From an uncultured Sangeribacter sp. (GTDB taxonomy: Bacteria > Bacteroidota > Bacteroidia > Bacteroidales > Muribaculaceae), in NCBI GenBank assembly GCA_964480745.1, contig CAYZQA010000002.1, forward strand, positions 2,744-66,743: a DNA stretch of 64,000 bases, given 5' to 3'. Below the pieces are notes generated by a model. The model was not told where the DNA came from. It saw only the letters and a list, made by a program, of their open reading frames with translations, and did no database searches. The translations under genes and the position numbers were made by a program. Positions 18,328 through 27,841 of the stretch are shown piece after piece (positions within the stretch are counted from its first letter, which is position 1; every line of letters begins with the position of its first letter).

Positions 18328-18639
18328 TAAAATCTTTTTATTTCCTCCAAATATTTTGATGAAAAAATGTTCCCAATTTGATTAATTTAACAAGTCAAGG
18401 CTCGTTTTTGGGGAATTTGTTGAGTAATATTTTTAGCAAAATGTCACAATGAATGGCGATTTTTCACGGTTTGTCTATATCGCCGTTGGCAATTTGTCAG
18501 GAATTTTGCCTCATACCCCCTAATTTCAGGGTAACTCACTTTTATTCAGTTGAACGCAAAAATTTTTACTGTCACCTCCCTCATGTCGGGAAGAGATGAT
18601 TGTCTGGCGAGATGATTTTGGAATTGGCGGCTCGGCTGT

Positions 18640-19368
18640 TCAGGAAAATATTTCGGAGAGCACCTCAGGCGATTTCAGATCTCCCATCCCGGGGAAATGA
18701 ATCCCATAATATCGCAGCAGCCGTTGAAGCAACAACCGACGCTGCGCGCCGGAGAACCGGAAGCAGCCTCGATTGCGCATATTCATCCGTAGAAGCCCTG
18801 GGAGCATTGCCGTTTCCTTTACCGACAGGAAATCGCTGTGACCAGGGGCAAAGTAGGTCGGCTGCCCGGCCCTCATGTCGAACAGCATGTCCTCCTTCAT
18901 CTCGGAAAGGTCAGGGAAAATTCCGGCAAAGTGAAGGAATCCTATGAGAAAAGCGAGATGGATGTTGCCTATATCCTTGCGGGCCTTGTCAAGTATCCCT
19001 ATTGAGGCAAAAACATAATCCCATTGAGCCGGATCAGATTCGGAGTGGCGCAAAAAGGCATGTAAAAACTCGGCCAAAAATATGACCATGGTTGATTTGA
19101 CCGGGTTGAAGTAAAGGTCCTGCCATGGATGAGGAGAACTCAGGGATCCTAATGTCTGGAGATCCTTGTTTCCCTTAAAATTCACTTCTGTTGAGACGAC
19201 GGCGAGGGGCATGAGCCGGGCCGAGCGCTGGCGAGCACCCCGTCCCGTGCCGACAGGGGAGAGGAACGACACGCTTCCACGCTCGCGCGTGTAGAGCGTG
19301 ACAATGTTCATACGGTCGGAATGGCGCACCACGTTCGTGACGATCCCGGTCAGTTTCTCTATTGCCAT
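18640..19368 (-). CDS. recO: DNA repair protein RecO
   Basis: RecO-like OB N-terminus and matching length. Confidence 0.8.
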   Translation of the reverse strand: MAIEKLTGIVTNVVRHSDRMNIVTLYTRERGSVSFLSPVGTGRGARQRSARLMPLAVVSTEVNFKGNKDLQTLGSLSSPHPWQDLYFNPVKSTMVIFLAEFLHAFLRHSESDPAQWDYVFASIGILDKARKDIGNIHLAFLIGFLHFAGIFPDLSEMKEDMLFDMRAGQPTYFAPGHSDFLSVKETAMLPGLLRMNMRNRGCFRFSGAQRRLLLQRLLRYYGIHFPGMGDLKSPEVLSEIFS

Positions 19369-19372
19369 ATAG

Positions 19373-19380
19373 CAAAATTA
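19373..19380 (-). promoter_or_regulatory. -7 box TAATTTTG abutting the recO start (leaderless-looking)
   Basis: Exact TAnnTTTG ending 4 nt before ATG 19368. Confidence 0.4.
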
Positions 19381-19516
19381 CCAAATTTTTTAAGCAGTGA
19401 ATATCAGAGAGTAATAAAAAAGATGCTCAACAGGGGTTAGCTTGCGTGGCCCCCGTATGCTTACGAGTTTCTGAACCCCTCCCCAAAACGTAGGAGGAAC
19501 ATTAAAACACCGATGA

Positions 19517-19542
19517 GCCCCCTCGGAGGTGTCCGAGAGGGC
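19517..19542 (-). terminator. hairpin after the lipoprotein operon
   Basis: 11-nt arms (10 of 11 paired) located ~35 nt after the 206-aa ORF stop. The T tract is weak. Confidence 0.4.
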
Positions 19543-19574
19543 TTGAATAAGATGCCTATTAAGATGTATGCAAA

Positions 19575-20195
19575 TTATTTACGTTCATCCCCGGGGATAA
19601 ATTTTGGATGCCAATCGAAAGCATCGCAGACGATGCAAGGAGATTGAGGTGGCCATTCGGGATCAGGATGGCTATAGGCATAGCCAGGAGCCGCCAAAGT
19701 AAGGCATTTTCCGCATTCCCATCGATAATATCCTGCGTATCCTCCCGACGGTCGGGAGACGACCCAGTTTTGGTTGTTTTCATAACCCGGATGCACGAAG
19801 GCTACAGTAAAAGGAGTTTTGCCTTTGAGCGACATTAGCACCTCATAATAGAGACCTTCATTGTTGCCCGGTGTTACCTTAAAGTACCCATTATCCCCCT
19901 TCCACTGGTAAGTGGCTAAGGTATTGGTTATACCCGGAGTTTTGGTATAGTACTCTATTTGTTTGATGGCCATTTCCTCAGAAGGACAGTTGGTATAGTA
20001 AAAGCCGTCATCTTCGGTAGGCATAAATGCCGGTTGATTGGTGTCATCGAGAAAGAGAAGACTGGTCAACTCAGTGAGTTCTTTCTGAGCCGGTGATTCA
20101 GGCGTCTCTTCTTCGTCACTGCAAGCAGTGAAAGCGAAGCCGCTTGCTACCATGAACATACCGAGCAACAGTCTTGAAAAGATTGATTTCTTCAT
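19575..20195 (-). CDS. lipoprotein of unknown function with C-terminal CxxC..CxxC
   Basis: Lipobox ..GFAFTAC. No recognised domain. ECGKC and CIVC motifs lie near the C-terminus. Confidence 0.6.
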   Translation of the reverse strand: MKKSIFSRLLLGMFMVASGFAFTACSDEEETPESPAQKELTELTSLLFLDDTNQPAFMPTEDDGFYYTNCPSEEMAIKQIEYYTKTPGITNTLATYQWKGDNGYFKVTPGNNEGLYYEVLMSLKGKTPFTVAFVHPGYENNQNWVVSRPSGGYAGYYRWECGKCLTLAAPGYAYSHPDPEWPPQSPCIVCDAFDWHPKFIPGDERK

Positions 20196-20221
20196 GTTGT
20201 TATTTTTGTGTTTTAATTTGT

Positions 20222-22333
20222 TTATGGATTTATAAATTCGTCCATTGAGGAGTTGTAAAGGTTGCCGTAGTTTTCGGCGTTGTAAACCATTACATGACTA
20301 CCGACGGTGTTAATGAACAGCCGGTTATAGAGGTCATGCATTGAGATGATTGATTTATTAGTCAAGTTCTCAATTAGGGTGGAGGTAAAGCGGTTGCTCA
20401 TCCATATACCCAAATCGGTGTTGAACACATCGGCTTTTGATGTTTCATTGGGATTTGCCGCTGTGTAGAAAATCATACCGGGGAAGCCCACGCAATTTTC
20501 AAACACACTACCTGAATAGCAAGATTCGACAAACATTGCCAACTTACGATACCCTTTTTTTGCGTACAGCTCTGAAAGAGCCTTATTCATCAGGGAGGGT
20601 GTCATTCCCATAGCGGTTTCATCCCAACAGAGGGCACCGGGGGTTCCGTGACCACTCCAGAATACGAACAAGTTAGTTCCCTCATCTCCGTTAATCACAT
20701 CAGGTGTTTTATCAGTAGTGTTTCCCGATAGGATATTGCAGAAGTCTTCCGCGGATAAGTCCTTAAGATTGTAGTCAATCAGAGCATTGGCATACACATT
20801 CTCTCCACCATGCCGTATGCGGATTACACCCTTGTCGGGGTTATTGGAGTTTGCTGCAATATCATCTGCCATGATCAGAATAATGTCTGAGTCGGAATAG
20901 CCATGAGCTTTCAGCAATTGATACATAGCCAACACGTCGGCTTGGTGGCGATAATTGCTCCAACCAGTGGAGGTAGCAATCAATAATGCTTTATGCGCGG
21001 TCAAAGGGCCGTAGGAAATTGAGGAACCATTGCCAAACTCCTGCATTTGGGTTGCTTTCCAGTTCCACCCTGCAAGGGTTGCTTCCGTTCGGTTTCCGCC
21101 GTCAGCCGTATTGTAGTCAAGGATAATGTAATGTCCGTCGTAAACCTTGTAATTGTAGTAAACGGTAGATAGAACATTAGTATAAACCTTGCTGTCAAAA
21201 TCGAGCCAGCCTGACGCTCCGCGCACGTATGGTCGATCACCACGAGTAAGCGCATCAACGACATTGCGCATATCTTCGCCCATCCACGAACCCATATTGA
21301 AATCGCGTCCGTCCACAATGTTGCGAAGTGCATCACGAGTGGAGGTTTCGGGGTTTATGTCCTGAGACCATATTGCGTATGTGAGAAGCATAACGGCATC
21401 ATAAAGTTGTGCCGCTCCGACAGTCGGGTCATCACCAAAGACTGTACGGTAGGATACATCAAATCCTGTTTCAGGATTAGCCCCGAAACACACACCTTCA
21501 ATACCTTCGGCTTTAATCCCTAATTGTGCAATGACATCAGAGCCATAGCCCATATCAGAAAACAATAACCGAGGGGCAGAAGAACCGGCTGAATTGAATT
21601 TGTCAACCACAATTTCAATGTCGGCAATCTGACTTGGCGCACAAATTACATAGTCTGCCCCGGAGCAAGCGGCATTTGAAGCGGTTTCAGCAATACCTGC
21701 CTTATTATAAGTAAAGAGTCCTTTAACTTCAAGTCCTAATTCATGTGCTTGGAAAGCAAACCAATCGACAAAAGTTTTGCCGTAATCATCCTCTCCGTTG
21801 GCTATCAAAGCAACGGATTAGCCACCGTAGTTCACCACCTTGCTAAGAAGAACCTCAGACTGGGTTATGTCGGTTTCCGTCATAGCCCAAAGGTTTCCTG
21901 TAGATGCAAATGCCCGAACCAATTCCTCGGTAGTGGCAAGAGTCATGAATGTAACTCCTTGGCGGCAAAGCACAGACGCAAGTGCTTTGGCACTTGAGGA
22001 ATAAAGGCCACCCACAACAGCATATACATCTTCACGTTTAGCCAATTTTTCAGCAAGCGCAGGCAAATCCTCGGAAGTTTCATCGTAGTACTCAAAGGAG
22101 AGTTTCACGGTCTTGCCCTGAGAGGAAAACGCCTGTTCAATATTATGGGAAAGAAGCGTAAAAATGCGGTTCCAATGGTTAGATAATCCATTCTCCATTG
22201 GCAACACCACAGCTATAGTTTTCTCAATAGCGGGTTTGTTGGCAGAAGGCCCATCGTTTATCGGGTCATCGCTGCAACTTACAACTGTTAACGAAAAGAA
22301 TATCAGAAGCAGGAATAAAAACTTTTCTTTCAT
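20222..22333 (-). pseudogene. lipoprotein: type-1 periplasmic-binding fold fused to a C13 legumain-type peptidase, interrupted by one in-frame TAA
   Basis: Lipobox FFSLTVVSC and a PBP1-like region. Legumain His (FWSGHGTPG) and Cys (FVESCYSGS) motifs. The 200-aa and 528-aa track ORFs share a frame and are separated only by TAA at 21818-21820. Confidence 0.6.
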
Positions 22334-23391
22334 AATTCCTCGGCCTCCTTTCTTATTGCTTCTTGTCGCGCAGCATCGACGATGGGTTGATAATGAAGAT
22401 AATTTGGAGCCAATTGCCAATCTATATACCCGCTTTCAAGACCGAAAACTTTTGATTCGGGCAGTTCTCTCGTGGCAAGCCAAGTCTCCATATAGTCACA
22501 AATCAAGCGGTCAATATGCTTTATCACACATCCCGTGATGTTGCGAGAAAGCCCTGACTGGTCCACATCCATTCCGGCAGTGAGTGGCGAATTAGGATAC
22601 TCACGCGTGTAGCGGTAAATGCCTTGGTTGCTACCTCCCGCAACTGGAAAAATGAAAGAGTAGCTTTTCGACCAATTGCTCATTTTTTGATAGGCGGCTT
22701 GTGCGGAAACATAGCCGGTCCAATCATCTGCGAGATATTCCGTGAAAGCGTTAGCGTCAATTGCTGTTGATTCAAAGCCGGCTTGGAATCCCATACCCGC
22801 TTTTGCAATGGTCATGTCATTAGGATGCGCCAAAAGAATAAGCGCATCCTTACTGCCGTCATCTTCGCCAAGAGTATTGGCATATTCCGCGGCTGTTACG
22901 CCGGCAAGATAAGATGCTCCATACATGGACATCCGAAACATTGTGATAGGGAGTTCGCTCTCAATGTCAGTCTCAAACATGAGCATTCGTTTGTTGTCAG
23001 TAAGCGAATATTGAGAGAACAAGTCAGTGACAAGTTCTTCGTAATCAGCACTCGCTACAACAAATAAAGCGGGAATGTTACTCGGTGGCAAAGAAAGCCA
23101 GTCTGTAAGCAACCGCTCCGCATCTTCCAGTGTGCCGGGCGAATATTGGTACACATCCACTTCGGCATAATGTTTTTTCTTAAAATTTTGCACCCCTGTG
23201 AGGATGCAATCCATATATCCTTGGTCGACGAGGCCACTGGGTCCGTACAATACAATAATTTGTGGAGTCGGGTGAGTTGGCACCGGGTTGGGTTCACCTT
23301 CTTCCGATGAACACGCAAACGACACCAACGATAGAATGGTCAGCAGAGATGCAGGCCATATATTTTTTAAAAGTCGTTTTAAGGGGTTCAT
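22330..23391 (-). CDS. BMP-family (PnrA-like) substrate-binding lipoprotein
   Basis: Lipobox LVSFAC. Bmp motifs FPVAGGSNQG and GMDVDQS. Its stop overlaps the next start (ATGA). Confidence 0.75.
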   Translation of the reverse strand: MNPLKRLLKNIWPASLLTILSLVSFACSSEEGEPNPVPTHPTPQIIVLYGPSGLVDQGYMDCILTGVQNFKKKHYAEVDVYQYSPGTLEDAERLLTDWLSLPPSNIPALFVVASADYEELVTDLFSQYSLTDNKRMLMFETDIESELPITMFRMSMYGASYLAGVTAAEYANTLGEDDGSKDALILLAHPNDMTIAKAGMGFQAGFESTAIDANAFTEYLADDWTGYVSAQAAYQKMSNWSKSYSFIFPVAGGSNQGIYRYTREYPNSPLTAGMDVDQSGLSRNITGCVIKHIDRLICDYMETWLATRELPESKVFGLESGYIDWQLAPNYLHYQPIVDAARQEAIRKEAEEL

Positions 23392-23518
23392 CGAGTATGT
23401 TGATGGAAAAATCTACAGTTTCTTTACACTTCTAACGAGATTATGAACTCCATATTTTGATACCCCGTCTAATACTTAAGGAAATTAAAAATTAACAGAA
23501 TCTTGTCAATAGAGATGC

Positions 23519-23553
23519 AAAAAGGGGCGACGGAAGTTGCCTTCCGCCTCCCC
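23519..23553 (-). terminator. rho-independent terminator after rbr
   Basis: GC-rich hairpin (GGGG..CGGAAG / CTTCCG..CCCC) followed by T5 on the minus strand. Confidence 0.6.
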
Positions 23554-23614
23554 TGAGCTGGTATGGGATTTATAAGATCTTTTTCGTTTAATCCATTCGA
23601 TTGCAGACTGCCAA

Positions 23615-24205
23615 TCAGATATTGTCCTGCTCGCGCATGAAATGCTGATAAGGATGGTAGCAAGCGGGGCACTTCTGTGGGGGCTCTGTGCCTTCGAAAA
23701 TGTAACCGCAAACGAGGCACTGCCACTTGATCGGTGTGTCGCTCTTCCAGACTGTGCCGTTCTCGATTCTCCAGCGCATCTTGTCGAAACGCTCCTTATG
23801 GTGGTTCTCAATGGTTGCGATAGCCTCGAAACGGTCGGCGATTTCGTCAAACCCTTCTTCGCGGGCAACTGCGGCAGAAGCCTTATACTGCTCCACGCCC
23901 TCGCGTTCCTCTTCGGAAGCAGCAACAGCCAGATTGTCGGCAGTTGAGCCGATAACGCCTGCATCAACTCCTAATGGAACTGTGTTGCAACCGCCCTCTT
24001 TGAGGTATTTCAAAAATATCTTTGCGTGATGAAGCTCATTGTCAGCAGTTTCTGCGAAAATGTTGGCATATTGGTAATACTGCTCTTTCTGTGCTGCCTG
24101 AGAGAAGAATGTGTAACGCGTGACGGCTGCGGATTCTGCCATGTAAGCATTGGCGAGATTCACTTGCGTGCGGGTGCCGACGAGGCTCTTTGCTGGGGTG
24201 TCCAT
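23615..24205 (-). CDS. rbr: rubrerythrin
   Basis: Ferritin-like diiron domain plus C-terminal rubredoxin CLVCGY..CPAC. Confidence 0.9.
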   Translation of the reverse strand: MDTPAKSLVGTRTQVNLANAYMAESAAVTRYTFFSQAAQKEQYYQYANIFAETADNELHHAKIFLKYLKEGGCNTVPLGVDAGVIGSTADNLAVAASEEEREGVEQYKASAAVAREEGFDEIADRFEAIATIENHHKERFDKMRWRIENGTVWKSDTPIKWQCLVCGYIFEGTEPPQKCPACYHPYQHFMREQDNI

Positions 24206-24331
24206 AGTATTTGTTTTTATATTTAGTTTCGATATGTCCTGATAGCCTCGGCAGCGGAATACGTTTCTTCTCTGCTTCAGCTTTCGATGTTATAACACTG
24301 TCTCTATTGATTTGGTTTGAGGGGGAGTATG

Positions 24332-24405
24332 AAATAAAAAGTCTATCCCTTTTCACAAAGAGATAGACCGAAACCTTAATCTTAATTTAATACTATGAAA
24401 AACAC
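24332..24405 (-). ncRNA. candidate small RNA, family copy B (~74 nt)
   Basis: A TAACTTTG box lies 6 nt before the core GTTTTTCATAGTATTAAATT..TAAGGTT. A 12-bp hairpin (24341-24368) of unrelated sequence is followed by TTTTTATTT. Confidence 0.5.
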
Positions 24406-24409
24406 ATTG

Positions 24410-24417
24410 CAAAGTTA
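24410..24417 (-). promoter_or_regulatory. -7 box TAACTTTG (sRNA copy B)
   Basis: Exact TAnnTTTG, 6 nt upstream of the conserved core. Confidence 0.55.
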
Positions 24418-24546
24418 ATCAATATGGCGCATATTTTTCCCGTATTCGGAGGGGAATGACGGAAATTAAACGTTTTTAACATTTTTGCCCTGAGTGAACA
24501 GAGGTGGGTGAATAGGTTAACCGCTTTCACTTTCAGAAGTTTTTAT

Positions 24547-24554
24547 TAATTTTG
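24547..24554 (+). promoter_or_regulatory. -7 box TAATTTTG upstream of the DUF2851 gene
   Basis: Exact TAnnTTTG, 62 nt before the ATG. Confidence 0.45.
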
Positions 24555-24615
24555 CGGGAAAGGATAGACCCATTTGTCGTCATGAAATCCGTCTAAAAAT
24601 AACTGGTCCGCGCGC

Positions 24616-25965
24616 ATGGAGATGATATTTCAATATATGTGGAAACACAAGATGTTCCCCCGCCGGCCGTTGACGGTCGATGGTGAGGAGTTGGAAATCT
24701 TGTCGCCGGGCATTCTGAACTCAGACAGCGGCCCCGATTTTTCAGGGGCAAGGATCAGGATCTCCGGTCAGGAATGGGCCGGCAATGTCGAGATCCATGT
24801 GAAGGCTTCCGATTGGTTTCGCCATAACCACCATCTTGACCCCGCATACGATTCTGTAATCCTCCATGTTGTCAGCCGCTCAGATCAGCGTGTTGCGCGC
24901 CGGGACGGAGAAAAAATCCCGCAGCTTGAACTCCCTTTCAGCGACCATTTCGCCCGGATGTATCTCAAATTGTCGGAACGCGTAACGGCCGTGCCCTGCG
25001 AATCCTTTCTCCATGCCATCCCCGGGATTCTGAGGACAGACTGGCTTTCGACCCTTTCCCTTGAACGGCTCTATCAGAAAGCCGACCGAATCGCGGAGAC
25101 CGCATCTTCGCTCGGAGGCGACTGGGAATGGGCGTGCTTCGTGACCCTTGCGCGGGCATTGGGGTTCAATCTCAATGGACAACCCCTTGAGATGCTCGCC
25201 CGCTCCACTCCCTTGAAATTTATCCTCCGGCACAGCGACAATCTCCTGCAGTTGGAAGCTCTCCTTTTCGGACAAGCCGGTTTTCTTGACAGGGGAGTGC
25301 TGATTTTTGACGAATATTATCAGCTTCTTTGCCGCGAATATTTCTTCCTGGCGCGGAAGTATGGCCTTCGGCCAATTAATGCCGACATCTGGAAATATGC
25401 GCGGACCCGTCCTGGAAATTTCCCGCATCGTCGGATTGCCCTCCTTGCCGCGGCCCTCCATGGAGGATTCTCACTGCGAACCAAGATCGTGGAGGCGCGC
25501 AAGGATCCGTCGGCATTGAGGGATCTCTTCAGGTTTGAAGTCTCCGAATATTGGCAAAACCATCATAACTTCGACATAGAGTCGCCCCGGCAGCCGGCGC
25601 GCCTCTCAAAAGCGTCTGTCGATCTCATGCTGATCAACTTTGCGGCTCCTCTTGTTGCCGCAGTTGCCCGCCGTCAGGGCGATCCGGAAATGGGGGAGGA
25701 TGCGATGTCAATCTGGTATGGCCTCCCTCCGGAACGGAACACATATATTTCCCAATGGGCGCGGGCCGGAATCCCTGCCGCTGATGCCGCCGATTCCCAG
25801 GCCCTCATCCAGCTGAGGAGGGAATATTGCGACAGGATGAGATGTCTCGACTGCCGGTTTTGCAACGCGTTGCTTCGCCGGTCGCTCATGACCCCGGAAG
25901 AAATGGGAGGCGCTCTCTCCCCATTCGATGTCCCGATTGAACATGAGGAGCCTGTTATGGGTTAA
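24616..25965 (+). CDS. DUF2851 family protein
   Basis: N-terminal YMWKHKMF..GPDF..GNVEIHVKASDW pattern. Confidence 0.75.
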   Translation: MEMIFQYMWKHKMFPRRPLTVDGEELEILSPGILNSDSGPDFSGARIRISGQEWAGNVEIHVKASDWFRHNHHLDPAYDSVILHVVSRSDQRVARRDGEKIPQLELPFSDHFARMYLKLSERVTAVPCESFLHAIPGILRTDWLSTLSLERLYQKADRIAETASSLGGDWEWACFVTLARALGFNLNGQPLEMLARSTPLKFILRHSDNLLQLEALLFGQAGFLDRGVLIFDEYYQLLCREYFFLARKYGLRPINADIWKYARTRPGNFPHRRIALLAAALHGGFSLRTKIVEARKDPSALRDLFRFEVSEYWQNHHNFDIESPRQPARLSKASVDLMLINFAAPLVAAVARRQGDPEMGEDAMSIWYGLPPERNTYISQWARAGIPAADAADSQALIQLRREYCDRMRCLDCRFCNALLRRSLMTPEEMGGALSPFDVPIEHEEPVMG

Positions 25966-26060
25966 AATCTTATGAAGGATAATTCCGCATACATATATTG
26001 TCAGACGGTTAAGACTATCAATGGAAGGAATATCCTGCAACTGAAATACTGAATTGAATC

Positions 26061-26996
26061 ATGGCATCCCCTGCAGATAAGAAAAGATTTCTCCCGAAAG
26101 GTCCCGACAAGATCTTCAATTGGGAAAACAGAACGGAGGAGACCCTCCCGCTAATGGAATTTGTCGCCTCTTTCCGGCCCGACACCAAACGGTCGGAAAT
26201 AAAAAAATGGCTTAAGTTTGGCCATCTGATGGTTGGAGGTGTGGTCACGACCCGCTTTGATGAACCCGTGGCGCCGGGCGTTGTCGTTTCCTTCAATTCC
26301 TCGCGGCCATTCCCTGTTTTCCATCATCCCCGGATTGAAATAGTCTATGAAGATGATGATGTGATTGTCATCAACAAGGGCTACGGGCTCCTTTCCGTCG
26401 GGGCTCCCAATAAGAAACGGGAGGAAAATGCCTACGACATTCTCCGGGATTATGTCAAGAATGTCGATCCGCGCAACCGGATATATGTGGTCCACCGTCT
26501 CGACCGGGACACGTCCGGGCTCATGATGTTTGCAAAGACTGAGGAGGCCCAGAATATCCTGCGCCACAACTGGAACAATATGATTCTTGAGCGGCTCTAT
26601 GTCGCCGTCCTGGAAGGCTATCTTGAGCAAGATCAGGGATATGTCAAGAGCCGTCTGGCTGAAAATTCCCAATATGTCGTCTATTCGACCGACGATCCCG
26701 AGGAGGGAAGGATTGCAGTGACCCATTATAACGTGCTGGGCCGGGGAAATGGATATACCCTTGCGCAGTTCTCCCTCGACACGGGGCGTAAGAACCAGAT
26801 CCGTGTCCATGCCTCCGATCTGGGCCATCCAATCGCCGGCGATAAGAAATATGGCGCTGAGACGAGTCCCCTTCATCGCCTTGCTCTCCATGCGCAGACG
26901 CTCCGTTTCGCCCATCCCATAACTCGGAAGGATATGAATTTCCAGACGCCCGTCCCTCCGAAATTTGAGGCTGCAATCCGCCGGAAATTAAAATGA
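26061..26996 (+). CDS. RluA-family pseudouridine synthase
   Basis: S4-like N-domain and HRLDRDTSGLM catalytic motif. Confidence 0.85.
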   Translation: MASPADKKRFLPKGPDKIFNWENRTEETLPLMEFVASFRPDTKRSEIKKWLKFGHLMVGGVVTTRFDEPVAPGVVVSFNSSRPFPVFHHPRIEIVYEDDDVIVINKGYGLLSVGAPNKKREENAYDILRDYVKNVDPRNRIYVVHRLDRDTSGLMMFAKTEEAQNILRHNWNNMILERLYVAVLEGYLEQDQGYVKSRLAENSQYVVYSTDDPEEGRIAVTHYNVLGRGNGYTLAQFSLDTGRKNQIRVHASDLGHPIAGDKKYGAETSPLHRLALHAQTLRFAHPITRKDMNFQTPVPPKFEAAIRRKLK

Positions 26997-27003
26997 ATAG
27001 CAA

Positions 27004-27831
27004 ATGAAATTAGATAAAACATCATATTATCCTCCTTCCCCCCTCGGGCCGGAGGAGGATTCCGAGGAAGAGATTCTGGAAGTGGCGACGGTTTCTGGCG
27101 AAGAGACCGAACCGGAGGCCAACGAAGAGGAAGAAGAGATTTCCGAAGAGGAGAGCAATCATGCGGCCGACGAGACTCCGGAAGATTCCGGGTATGAATC
27201 GACTCCTCAGGAAGGGTCGCGGGCAGTCAGCATGATTGCCCAGATTATATCGTGGGTGATGGTGCCATTCTTTATGCCGGTTTATGGCGTGCTTCTTGCG
27301 TTCCACCTCTCCTTGTTAAAATATATTCCAGACAGTTCCAAATGGGGTTTCGTCCTGGTTGTGGCGCTCATCAATATCGTGGTCCCGTCGCTTCTTGTGT
27401 TGCTGCTGAAGCGGATGGGGATTGTCCATGACTTGGGCTTGAACGGACGTCGCGAACGGCTGATCCCTTATGTCATCACTATTCTCTGCATGCTCGGGAC
27501 AGCCTGGTTCGCTTATGCAAAGGGTGCGCCGATGTGGCTTGTGATGTTCTTTGTGGCCGGTGGCGCAGCCGGGGTTTTCGATACGGTGGTGAATTTCTTT
27601 TGGAAAATTTCCGCCCATGCTGCCGGAACTGCCGGGGTCGTGGCCCTCTTGCTCAGGATTATGCATTCCGGGTATCCGGAAATGAACATGATATGGTGGT
27701 TACTCGGCGCAGTTTGCGTCTGGGGACTCGTCGGGTCGGCCAGACTCTGGCTCGGGCGACACACGCTGGGGCAAGTGCTCGCCGGCTCGGCCGTCGGTTT
27801 CTGCTCAGTATTTTTCCTCACCATGATTTGA
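27004..27831 (+). CDS. PAP2-like membrane phosphatase with acidic N-terminal tail
   Basis: E/S-rich N-terminus followed by TM helices with degenerate PAP2 motifs (KISAHAAG, SARLWLGRHT). Confidence 0.5.
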   Translation: MKLDKTSYYPPSPLGPEEDSEEEILEVATVSGEETEPEANEEEEEISEEESNHAADETPEDSGYESTPQEGSRAVSMIAQIISWVMVPFFMPVYGVLLAFHLSLLKYIPDSSKWGFVLVVALINIVVPSLLVLLLKRMGIVHDLGLNGRRERLIPYVITILCMLGTAWFAYAKGAPMWLVMFFVAGGAAGVFDTVVNFFWKISAHAAGTAGVVALLLRIMHSGYPEMNMIWWLLGAVCVWGLVGSARLWLGRHTLGQVLAGSAVGFCSVFFLTMI

Positions 27832-27841
27832 TTTTTTTGAA

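Noticed and set aside
21818-21820. Stop-codon reassignment or programmed read-through as the explanation for the in-frame TAA
   Set aside because: TAA is used as a normal stop by many genes in this window (for example the 206-aa lipoprotein gene and the trx-fold gene), and no recoding signal is evident. A nonsense mutation or sequencing error is more parsimonious.
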